A DNA stretch of 64,000 nt from Hemiscyllium ocellatum. Taxonomy: Eukaryota. Positions 1-11,200 of this stretch are shown in pieces. The notes below the pieces were generated by a model. The model searched no databases. It worked only from the letters and a program-made list of their open reading frames with translations, and was not told where the DNA came from. The stretch lies in contig NW_026867451.1 in assembly GCF_020745735.1 (NCBI RefSeq), forward strand, positions 124,001-188,000, in the 5' to 3' direction. Position 1 is the stretch's first letter. Every line of letters begins with the position of its first letter. The translations under genes and the position numbers were made by a program.

Positions 1-775
1 GCTGAGTTTCTTCAGACGTTTCTGTCTTTATTTTGGTTTTCTAGCATTTAAAGTTTGTTGTTTCATTGAAAAACGTTCTGTTCGATTAAACACGTTCTTC
101 AGAGAAAGGATGCATTTGAACAAATTGCAAATGTTCAGAGATATTATTGAATTTGAGTGCCCTGATCTCGAGCTGTAGTTTCACAAGAAACTATTATGAA
201 GTAACAACACACTGCAGAGTGCAGTGGCTGCTGTAATTGGGTGGAAGTTATTTTGATCACTCAAATAGAGAATGTCAGTGATCCCGTTCCAAATAATCAA
301 CAGAAGTTTTTTTTAAAGCATGTGTGAAACAATTAATTTATCGAAATATTTTAATAAAAAGTATTCACGGCCAGTGCTAGCTTAATGAATGACACAATGT
401 TAGGAAGGTAGGAACAAGAGGAGGGCACTCAGCCCCTCTAGTTGTTCCCCCACTTACTTAGATCATGGTGCATCTGTGAGCTCAATCCACAGGTCTCCCT
501 TTGGCTAAAGCTCTTTAACACCTTTGTTTAACAAGCAAAAGCTATCCCAGATTTACTGATTTGACTGCCCATAACAAAGGGAGACACCATTTCTGAAAGA
601 CATTCCTGTGAGTACTGTGACACAATGAGGCTGGGATTAATTGCTCATGAAAGTAAACTTTAAATATCTGACAATTTCCAATTGAAACATCCCAATCATC
701 ATATTTCATTAATTTAACACTATACTTCCCTGGAATCAAGAAATATAATGTGTGATTGCCTTGCTAAAAATGAGG

Positions 776-985
776 AGAAAGTGAGGACTGCAGATGCTGG
801 AGATCAGAGCTGAAAATGTGTTGCTGGAAAAGCACAGCAGGTCAGGCAGCATCAAGGAGCAGGAGAATCGACGTTTCGGGCATGAGCCCTTCTTCAGGAA
901 GGGCTCCTTGGATGCTGCCTGCTCCTTGGATGCTGCCTGATGCTGCCTGACTTGCTGCGCTTTTCCAGCAATACATTTTCAGCAG
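776..985 (-). mobile_element. Penelope-like element terminus (family A) with partial inverted copy, flanked by a 15-bp direct repeat
   Basis: Same sequence as the 3' end of the GIY-YIG-bearing element at 19051-19738; TTGCTAAAAATGAGG at 761-775 and 986-1000. Confidence 0.8.
866..900 (-). ncRNA. Minimal hammerhead ribozyme motif (core intact, stem I only about 2 bp)
   Basis: Minus strand reads ttc CTGAAGA A GGGC TCAT GCCC GAAA C GTC GAT. Confidence 0.6.
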
Positions 986-1084
986 TTGCTAAAAATGAGG
1001 GAAGCTTCATTCCTATTATATGATTAAGAAATAGCTCTGTTCATTCAGTGAAAACACAGTCAAATCACTCAAAAGGAAACCATG

Positions 1085-1288
1085 ATTTGGAGATGCTGGT
1101 GTTGGACTGGGGTGTACAAAGTTAAAAATCACACAACCCCAGGTTATAGTCCAACAGGTTTAATTGGAAGCACACTAGCTTTTGGAGTGACGCTCCTTTA
1201 TCAGGTGATAGTGGAGCGTCACTCCGAAAGCTAGTTTTCTTCCAATTAAACCTGTTGGACTATAACTTGGTGTTGTGTGATTTTTAAA
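1085..1288. mobile_element. Fold-back PLE-type terminus (family B) with degenerate hammerhead motif
   Basis: Long inverted repeat centred near 1205; arms contain GGAG-CGTCA-CTCC-GAAA-GCTA; direct repeat AAAAGGAAA(C/T)CATG at 1071-1084 and 1289-1302. Confidence 0.6.
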
Positions 1289-1814
1289 AAAAGGAAATCA
1301 TGTCATCTTGTGTAGACACACAAGTGCCTCAAATAATTTTCAATTCTTCTAGTGGTTGTTTGAATCTCGAGACAGGTGTGGAAGTGTCAGACTTTTTATA
1401 TCGCCTTGAGAAACAAGTTGTCATCAGTCTATTTGAATTGCTGAAGTTTGTGTGGTATTAGCACATTCACAGCGCTGTTAGGAAGTGAGCCCCATGGCTG
1501 TGATTGAGGAAGAGGAAACGGGCAGGGAAATAGTTGAGAGTTAAGTTGAAGTCTGATATGGAGGAAAGCTTCACATGCATGTGTGCCCTTATCCTCAAGG
1601 ATCACAATTTTGGAATATGCTGCCGAACGGACATGTCAGCATGCAAAATGGAAGCTGAAGAAGGCATCTCGGCCTCTCTAGAAGGCTATTCCATTCATGG
1701 GATCATCATTAATCTTGCTGCTCATCAATCTTCCCAACACACTGATAACATTGGACCTGATTGTTTACTGTTCAACACAAGAATGGTGAATTCGTTTGGA
1801 ATTCTCCACCACAG

Positions 1815-2165
1815 AAATTCATAGATTCAAGACTCATAGATTCTTGAAAGCGTTGTCTCAAGTACCTAGTGTGTTGAAGGTGTTTGGCGCACGTACCTTC
1901 ATTGGTCAGAGCACTGAGTGCAGGAGTTAGGGCTTCATGTTGTAATTGTCCAAAACATTGGAATGAACTGCCAGAGGAAGCGGTAAGTGCAGAGATCGGT
2001 CCCACATTGAGAAGACATTTGAACAGCTGCAGGAACTGGATCGGTCTGGATGGATATGGACCAAAGGCAGGCAAGTGGAATGAGTTTAATTTGGGAACTC
2101 TGGTCAGCATGGCTGGGCTGGACCAAGGGAACTGTTTCTGTGCTGTACGACTTTATGTCTCACTG
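1815..2165 (+). mobile_element. Degenerate CR1-type LINE 3' fragment
   Basis: Resembles the RT C-terminal/3' UTR sequence of the larger CR1 at 35.3 kb. Confidence 0.55.
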
Positions 2166-2787
2166 ACTTTATGGTGGATAGGCTCAAAGTTGGAAGGTGG
2201 TGAACAAGTGAGGGGCTAGATTGGGCATGTGGGAGAGTTTGGGCTGGTAGGCTGGTAGGCTGGCTGCTGGGTAAGCTTGCGTGCACTCTGTCTGGCAAGG
2301 CGGCATCAAGGGAAATGGTAATGGTCACAGGATAATTTGGTCGAATTGTGCTTGGTAGGTGAGGGGTAGTTTGAGCTGATGCAGGAGGTCTGTCTTTGCC
2401 AGGCTGGTTTATGGAGAGGTGGGCAGGATGCCAGGCTGGTTAGTGTAGAGGTGGGCAGGGTGCCAGGATGTTTCAGGGGGTGGAAGGTCACTGTAATGAA
2501 GTGACAGGTGGACGTGTTGTCAAAATGCAAAGCTCAGAGTCTGGCAAAATGGTAGGTTGTGAAGCACAGATGCCAAAGGAGCTAGGATGCAATGTGCACA
2601 GGTTGTCTTGGGTAAGATGAGAGGTCAGTGATCAAGGGCTGAGGTCATGTCTTGGGTAGTGGGCTTTTGTCAGAGGTTGTGGAAATGATGGTGTCAGGTC
2701 CAGTCAGAGCCAGGTTCACCATGGACCAGGTACAGGGCGGCAGGAGTGTAAATGACTGAAAGGAATTGAGATCATATGTCCATCTGG

Positions 2788-3437
2788 AATATAGAATATA
2801 GAACATTACTGTGCAGTACAGGCCCTTCAGCCCTCGATGATTCCACAGGTCAGTGTAAAAATCTGAAGCCTATCTATCCTACACTATTCCATTTTCATCC
2901 ATATGTTTATCCAATGACCTTTTAAATGCCCTTAAAGTGGGCGAGTGTACTATTGTTGCAGGCAGTGCGTTCCATGCCCCTACCACTCTCTGAGTTAAGA
3001 AACAACCTCTGACATCTGTCATCTATGTCCTCTCCTGCTAGCCATCACTATTCAAGGAAAAAGACTTTCACTGTCCACCCTCTGTTTATCTTTTATGTCT
3101 CAATTAAGTCAACCTTCTTCTCTCAAACAAAAACAGCCTCATCCTTTCCTCATTAAACCTTCCCGCCATACCAAACAACATCCTGGTAAACCTCCTCTGA
3201 ACTCTTCCAAAGCTTCCACATTCTCTCTATAATGTGGCGACCAGAACAGTACACAATACTCCAAGTGCAGCTACACCAGAGTTTTGTACAGCTGCAACCT
3301 AACCTCGTGGTTCTGAAACTCAGTCCCTCTATCGATGAAAGCCAGCACAAAGTATGCCTTCTTAACAACTCTATCAAACTGGCTGGCAACTTTTAGGGAT
3401 CTGTGTACATGGGCACCGAGATCTCTCTGCTCAGCTA
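2788..3437 (-). mobile_element. CR1/HER1-type LINE 3' fragment
   Basis: (TAGAA)-type tail, then ACAGGCCCTTCAGCCC 3' motif and RT C-terminal homology to 35293-35990. Confidence 0.75.
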
Positions 3438-3839
3438 CACTGTCAATATGGATTGCCTTGGATGTGTTTTGTGTGATAGGGGATTGTGTGTTCCGGGCAT
3501 GAATGGGTGTATAGCAGGGTGGGGTTTGTCAATGTGAGTGGAAATGTAGGTCTAGGCAGAGTAAGTGCAGTGGTTAGTCTGAGAGATGAGGTTCAGTGGT
3601 GAACTGCGTATCAGTTTGATAGTTATTAAAGTTAAAGATTACTTGTTCATTTCTCAAATCATATTTACATAAATACTCAGCTGTAACACTCCAAAGTCTC
3701 TGAACTTTAATGGTCCTCCATTTTTCAGAGGCCTCCAGAATTCAGATAATTGTAAATTAGATGTTTCAACTTCCAGCCAATTGGCCTGAGTTCAGCCGTG
3801 ACAGCCATCCTCCCCGTCCCAGTGCTCAGCTCCTGCCTG

Positions 3840-3840
<1 letters not shown>

Positions 3841-3873
<33 letters not shown>
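3841..3873. repeat. (GCT)11 microsatellite in the J-Cmu intron
   Basis: Perfect trinucleotide run read directly. Confidence 0.95.
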
Positions 3874-3875
<2 letters not shown>

Positions 3876-3934
3876 GACCTTCCTCCCAGAGAGAACATTC
3901 TGTCTTACATTGATAAGTGAGGAAGGCTCACTGG

Positions 3935-4240
3935 ACCTGATTTCCAAGTATGGGGACGGCAAACACGAGGGGACACAACTTTAAAGTGAGGGGAGATAGG
4001 TATAAGACAGATAGCAGAGGTAGTTTCTTTACTCATTGAGTAGTAAGGGTATGGAGTGCTTTGCCTGCAATGGTGGTAGGTTCGCCAAGTTTAAGTACAT
4101 TTAAGTTGTCATTGGACAGGCCTATGCATGTACATGGAATAGTGTAGGTGGGATGGGCTTCATATTAGTATGTCAGGGCAGCGCAACATCGAGGGCCGAA
4201 GGGCCTGCACTGCACTGTGATGTTCTATGTTCTATGATTC
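3935..4240 (+). mobile_element. CR1-type LINE 3' fragment
   Basis: Ends in GGGCCTGCACTGCACTGTGATGTTCTATGTTCTATG tail. Confidence 0.7.
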
Positions 4241-4302
4241 ACTCTGATTTCTCTCTGGGGGTACTGTCAGCTGTTGGGTATTTCCAGCAGCACGGTACCT
4301 CG

Positions 4303-4620
4303 TGGGGCGGCACGCTGGTTCCATGGTTAGCGCTGCTGCCTCACAGTGCTAGGGACTCTGGCTCCATTCCAGCCTCGGGTAACTGTCTGTGTGGAGTTGG
4401 CACTTTCTCCCCATATCTGTGTGCATTTCCTCCCACAGTCCAAATCTGTACAAGCTGGGGAAATTGCAAATGTTGTGTTCAGTGATTGGGAGGTTAGATG
4501 CATTAGTCAGGGTTAACCGTAGCATAATAGGGTAGAGGAATGGGTCTGGATGCGTTTCTTTTCAGAGGGTGGGTGTGGACTTGTTGGGCCAAATGGCCTG
4601 TTTGCACACACTGTAGAATT
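4303..4620 (+). mobile_element. Degenerate HE1/V-SINE
   Basis: tRNA-like head, central TGTGGAGT..TTCTCCCC..TTTCCTCCCACAGTCCAAA core, CR1-like tail. Confidence 0.7.
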
Positions 4621-4966
4621 TCGACGAATCTGCATTTCCTTGGTTTGTATTTTGTGAAACTTCTCTGCTCTTCACAGCAATCCAATGAAAGTGTCAATTG
4701 GTGAGATCTTCAAACAGTTACTGGGGTGGGATCAGGATGTTCTTCTTCCTAAATGATATGGCAATGGTCAAGGTCGAGGGCATGTTTCTCAAGAGGGAAC
4801 CAATGATCATGATCAGCAACTGGTAGGAAACAAAAATAAACTCCAGTTATGCTGTAGACTTCAGCGGGAGCATACTGGCAAACGTTTACAGCTGAGGATA
4901 CATTTGAGTAACTGATAAGGTCAAATTAACAGAAACTAACATGCTCAATTGGTCATTCTATTGTAG

Positions 4967-5275
4967 AGACACCATCTCCCCCCACGCTTTATGGCCTGGT
5001 CTCCTCCTGTGAGGAGCACAGCACCGGTTCGACAATCTTTGGTTGTTTGGTGATGGACTATTCCCCAGAAGTCACCAAGGTAACCTGGAAGAAAGGTGGG
5101 GTGCTAATCACGAATGGTGGATTGAAGACTTACCCATCAGTGAGAAACAAGAAGGGAACCTACACCCTGAGCAGCCAGTTAACCCTGCCCGGGTCAGCGG
5201 TAGATTGCCCCAGCAAAATCTACTGTGAGGTTCAACACAGCGGGTCACACAAGAGCAAAGAAATGCCATGTCCAG
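4967..5275 (+). CDS. IGHM: IgM Cmu1 exon: (E)[44 protein letters not shown]...[38 protein letters not shown]
   Basis: Acceptor ttgtag at 4961-4966, donor gtacgt at 5276; frame open throughout; N-terminal light-chain-binding Cys (SSC). Confidence 0.95.
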
Positions 5276-8200
5276 GTACGTATTGTGGGAACTGAGATAA
5301 ACAGAGCATCTGGCATTAATATGAATAAGGCATTACTTATAACCATTTTCACAGAATCCCCTTATACAGCACAGGAAAAAGGCCCTTTGATCCATCCAGT
5401 TTACGCCTATCAATAACAGCCACCTAACTATTCCAGTCTCATGTGCCAGCACATGATCCATTGCCTTGTGTGACTTGCCCTTGCAAGGATGCATCTCAAT
5501 ACTTCATACTTATTATGAGGGGCTCAGTCTCTACATGACTTATAGGTGCTGAGCTCCAGGCTAACACCACCCTCTGTTTGATTTTGTTTTCCCCTGAGAT
5601 CCACTTGGAACCTCCTGGCCTTACCTTCACCCTGTGCCCCTGAGGCATTGATCTCTCCATCAAGGGGAAAGGTTTCATCCAGTTTACCCAGTCTATGCCT
5701 AAAATAATTCTAGACATCATGATAATCTTCTCCCTAATTCTCCTCTGCTTCAAGGAAAACCCCTGTCTATCTCATCTCGTTTCATAACTAAAACCCTCCA
5801 ACCCAGGCAAGATCCTGGCAAATCTAATCAATACTGCCTTCAGTGTAATCACATTCCTTCGATAACATGCACACAACGCTTCAGTATGGCCTAACCAGTG
5901 TTCTATCAAGTTCCAGTATCATCTCCCGATTCTTCATTGTCAATGTCTAGGCTAATAAAAGCAAATATCCTCCCACCTCCTTAGTCTCTTTATCCAGACG
6001 ACACAGTACTATAGGGGATCGGTGGGTACATGCACCAAAGATCCTCAGGCCTTTCCAGGGTTCCACCATTCAAAATGTCATCCCTCACAGATTCTTCTGC
6101 CGAATTACATTACCTTACATTTATCCAGAATAATTTCCATTTGCAACTTCTCTTCACATACAACCAACCCTTTTATATCCTCCTGCAATCTAAAGCCATA
6201 ATGCTCATGACTTACCAACATGACAGTTTTCATTTCATCTGTGAATTCACTGGTTAATCCTCCTAAATTTGAGTCTCAATCATTGGTATGTAAGAGAAAT
6301 AACGTGGAAATCAACCCCAATCCCTACAGAACACCAGGAGACATAGATTCCCAGTCACCCAGACACCCGATGACTATTATCCCCTGCTCCCATCACTCAG
6401 CCAGTTCTCGATCCAATCTGTCAAATTAACTCGGATCCCATTAGCTCTGATTATTGCTATCATCTGGACATCGAGTTATCTCTCTGAAAACTACTATCAA
6501 ATTGTTACACATGACTTTCTCTCAATAAAACTATGCTGAAAATTGTTGATTTATCTTCCAAATGAAGACTAATTTCACTTTTCAATAGTTTCCCTACCAC
6601 TGAGACTAGCTTGACAGATCTGTGTTTTCATTATTTATCCCTTCCTTTGTCCTGCGTAATAGTGCAACGTTGGCTGATCTACACTCACTTGGCACAACTG
6701 CTGTGGCCAGACAGTAATTCTAAATTATTGTTAGCGACCCAACTATTTCATCCCTTGCATCGCTCAACCGCTTGGTATACTTTTCATCTGCCCTGGAAAT
6801 ATAACCACTTTTCATTTAGCAAGACAACACAGAACATCACGTCATGTGTCCTAATTTCTGAAAGTACATCACAACACTCCTCCATGATTTCTGTCCCCAC
6901 ATTGTCCCTCTTACTAGTGAACACTGACACAACACATTCGTTTTGACCACAACCTAATCCTCCGGCTCCACTCCAATAATAACACTTAATGGGCATTACT
7001 GTTTCCCGAATAATTCTTTTATTATGAATGAGCCTGTAACTTTTAAAAATATTTTCCTTTATTTTGACTCCTATTATTTTCTCATGGTCCCTTTTGCTCT
7101 TCTAATTCCTTTCTCTTTCAAACTCCCCCTTGCGCGTTCTGTACTCCAGACTAATTTCTATTGTTTTGAGATTTCAGTATAGACAGGAAGCCTCCCTTGT
7201 TTCTCCTTATCTCACCCTCCATGCCCTTTGGTGTCCAGAGCACGTTACATTCTTGGTCCCATTCAGTGGCTTCCTGGGAAATGTCCTCCCTATGATTTTC
7301 CTGTCTCTTTCTTAAATGTTTCACACTGCTCTGACTCAGATTTACCAATAAGTGTCAGCTTCCAGTCCACTCTGGTTAAGTCATTACCTGATCTTACTAA
7401 AATTGTCGTTCCCCTTTTCAGAACTTTGGGCCAATGTCTATTCCTTTGCAGTACAATCTGAAATCCAACTGATTTACGATCACTGTCTGCAAAGTGCACC
7501 ACCATTGATGTTTTACCCAATGGGTCGACTTCATTCCCAAAAGTTAAATTCAGGTTCACCCCTCTCTTGCAAGGTCTGGATTAAAATTTTCTATATTAAC
7601 ACATACTTTGTTTAAATATTCTCCTGGGGGCATTTTCAGAATTGTGCTCCCTCTAAACGTTAGACAAAATGAATATCCAAGCCTATGCTGAGGAAGTTAA
7701 AAACCTCTTTTCTCATTCCCCTATTTAATTTACATATCTCTGGAATTTATCCATGTATTTGCACTTGGTCTTTTGGACCTATAGTAAGGCCTATCGTGCT
7801 CTCCCAGTAGTTATGTTTGCTGTATTTTGGTTTTGAAGTACTGTCCATTTGCCTTTGTTCGAGGAGGTATCTATGATTTCATTTCTCTTTACAGCCTAAA
7901 ATACTCTTGTCAGAATTGTGACAGAAGCAACATTCCGTGCCGCAAACCCCTGCCCCCATCCTTTTCCATCTTTCCCTGTCTCGCCTGAAGGCACTAAATC
8001 CTGGAAAATTGAATAGCCACTCCTGCCCCGCTCTCAATATGTCTCCGTGATAGCAACAGCATCATTTCCTCATTTATGCCGGTAATTCATCTGCCTTGAT
8101 CATCAGACTCTGTCATTAAAACGAATACCATCCAACGTTGCTATCTCCCTTCTGATGTTACCGGCCTATCGTTTCTATGCCTCCTTGACTCCCTTGCTGT

Positions 8201-11200
8201 GTCCTATAATTTTAGCCTTTCACATTGTCCTGATGATCTTTCTGTGTGGATCCCAGCTTCTCCAGCACTCTGCACAATTATGATTCTTGTATCCATTAAT
8301 CACAAGAAACCTTGATATATGAGAACTGATTGTATTTGTTATGAAATTCATCAGATAATTTATGCGATGTGTTTCCTAAAGGTACAGGTCCTCTCCCACC
8401 AACTCTTCTCCTAACTGTGAGCTCCAGTGAAGAAATCGCAAGCAGCAAGTTTGCAACTGTCGTTTGTTCAATCATCGATTTCCATCCGAAGGCAATCAAC
8501 GTGACTTGGTTGAAAAATGGCCAGGGCTTGGATTCTGGCTTCTTCACGTCTCCCGTTTGTGAGGCGAACGGGAACTTCTCGGTGACGAGTCGGCTGATGG
8601 TCCCTTATGGTGAATGGTACAACAGCGCAGTCTATACCTGCCAGGTCACTCACGAAGAGAACATTCAAAGTAAAAACATCACCGCACTCCAGGGTAAGAG
8701 ACACATACTGGGAGAGCTACAAATCACTCTGAACTCTGATGTGAATCAAACACACTAATTTATCAGGCGTAGTAAACAGCACGGTACAGCTTCTCATTTC
8801 CCAGCATGTCACGTATCTCATTTCAGTTTGAATGTTACATTAGCATTGCTCATAATTCAACATTTTGGCAAGTCAGAAAAGCATGTTTCCTCTCTGTTGA
8901 AGATAGATATATAGACGGTGAGCTTTGTTAAATAGTTTGTTAAATAGTTTGTTGCCTGACCATGCTGGGAGAAGCATTCAGAGTGATGAATCCTTGCCTG
9001 GTAGTGGCTTCAAGGATAAGTTTGGGGGTGGAGGGGGATATTGGAGAGATATCTAATTGAAACATAGAAAATACTGAGAGACTGAGGTCGAGTGAATGTA
9101 AATAGATGTTTTGACTGGTAGGCGAGACTAGGACCCAAGGGCACAGTCTCAGGGTCAAAGGGGCACCGTTTAGAACTGAGATGGGGAGGAATTTCTTCAG
9201 CCAGAGGGTGATGAATCTGTGGAACTTGTTGCTGCAGAGGGCTGTGGAGACCAGGCCATTGTGTATATTCAAGCCAGAGATGGATCGGTTCTTGTTTAGT
9301 GTGGGGAGAAGACCATAGAATGGCTTTAGCCCAAATGTCGATTTTCCTGCTCGTCGGATGCTGCCTAACCTGCTGTGCTTTTCCAGCATCATTCTGATCT
9401 AAACTCTGGATTGGCTGAACAGCCTTATTCTGATCCTCTATCTTATGATGTTGTGGTCTCAAAATGACGTGGTTAAAATATGCAGTGACCCTAACTTGAA
9501 AATAAATCAAAATGCGTTCAATGCTTCACTCCCTGCTCAGGAATGACCTGTTGGCCTTGGACATTGTACGACATCGATTTTTATCTGGTGCTGAGCTCTT
9601 TAACTTCATTTATGGGATCAGACCACAGACCAAGTGGGTATCACATTTGATGAACTGGGATAAACGTGATCTCACTGAGCCTCTTTAAGATGCTCTCTGT
9701 AAGTAGTGGATGAGGCAGGAGAATAAATTCTGGTAAGAATGCTACAATAGGGATGAGTGAACGAGGAACTTGAGACAGGCTGATTTAGCCTGGTTTGGGG
9801 TGGCGATGTTTACACAGTGGGTAGTGGATGTCTATAAAATTAGTGTACATTTCCATCACGTTTGTAGATTAATTTAAGACGCTTTTGTTTGTTTTTTTTT
9901 CTCCCCTGCTCTATGAAGAAATTAAAAAATGCAGCTTGGTAAATAAAGTGAAAGTACAGACCAGTCATGAACTAACTGAATGGAGGGAAAGACTTAAGGA
10001 GATGGGTGTCCTTCTCGATATCCAATGCTGTACTCAGTGCCTTGTTTTCAGATCTACTCCAAACTCAGCCCACGAGGAACAATGACATAAATCAGAGAAT
10101 GACATCACACCAATAACGCAAAGTATTTTTGATCACGTTAAATATAATGAACAGAATTTCCATGGATATTCACTGCTCCTGTAGCACTTTAGAACTCTGC
10201 AAAGAGAATAATTATTATTTCTTATAATTTGTCCAAAATTTGGGATGTGATTTGGCAGTCAGCGTGACCAGCAGCACTTGCACCTAAGGGTTATGAACAT
10301 GGAAATGAACTCATTATATTCAGATTACTCTTGTCACAAGTATCAATAGATGGTCTTAAGTGAGAGACAAACTCTGAAAGAAAGGTAATTCCATGGGTTA
10401 CATCATGGTATCTTCGATGATTTTACTTTTTTCACAGCTTTCACTTGTTACAAAGCCAGTGTTCTTTTGGAATAATTACACAGGGTATGTCATAGGTAAT
10501 CACAAATGCTTTCACAAATCAAAATACATCAACAATAGTAAGCATTGTTTCAGCAATGGTTGGAGTTGCCATTTTGAAGGTGGTGTCTTCACCCTGTGAA
10601 GAAGTAATCTGAAGATTGGGTGTTTGTATCATAAAGGGGCATTTTTCATTGACTTTGATTTTTGTTTCATAGAAGATACCGAGTGCCACCCTAACACCGT
10701 TAAAATCCTCCCACCGCCAATCGAACAAGTCTTACTGGAGGCGACGGTGACGTTAACCTGTGTTGTGTCCAATTTTCCTTCTGGAGTCAGCGTGACCTGG
10801 AAGCAAGAAAAGAAGCTTCTGAAAACCGAGATTGCTGACCAGCCTGGACAGAATCCCGACAGCGTGATCAGCAAATTAGACATTTCTACTGAAGCCTGGC
10901 TGAGTGGTGTTACTTTTGAATGTGTGGTGTACCATCAGAATCTACCGACTCCGCTGAGAGACTCCATCCACAAGGAGAAAGGTGAGCGGTGAGATTAAAA
11001 CACAAAGCATCCCATGTGGAATCCAGATCCAGTTACATCAATGGCAGGCTTTGATTGGTAATGAACAAACACCGTTGGGAGCATTAATGATGCATCTGAA
11101 GGCAGGATAACTAAGTAGCTGATAAAGAAAAAGATGGACCAAAGGATATTGTATTCTGATTAAGTCAGATAAGGTGGGAAGAAACCTGGGTTGTGATGTC

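Noticed and set aside
1-4966. V, D or J segments upstream of Cmu1
   Set aside because: I found no WGxG J motif with RSS and splice donor, and no V exon; they must lie outside the window.
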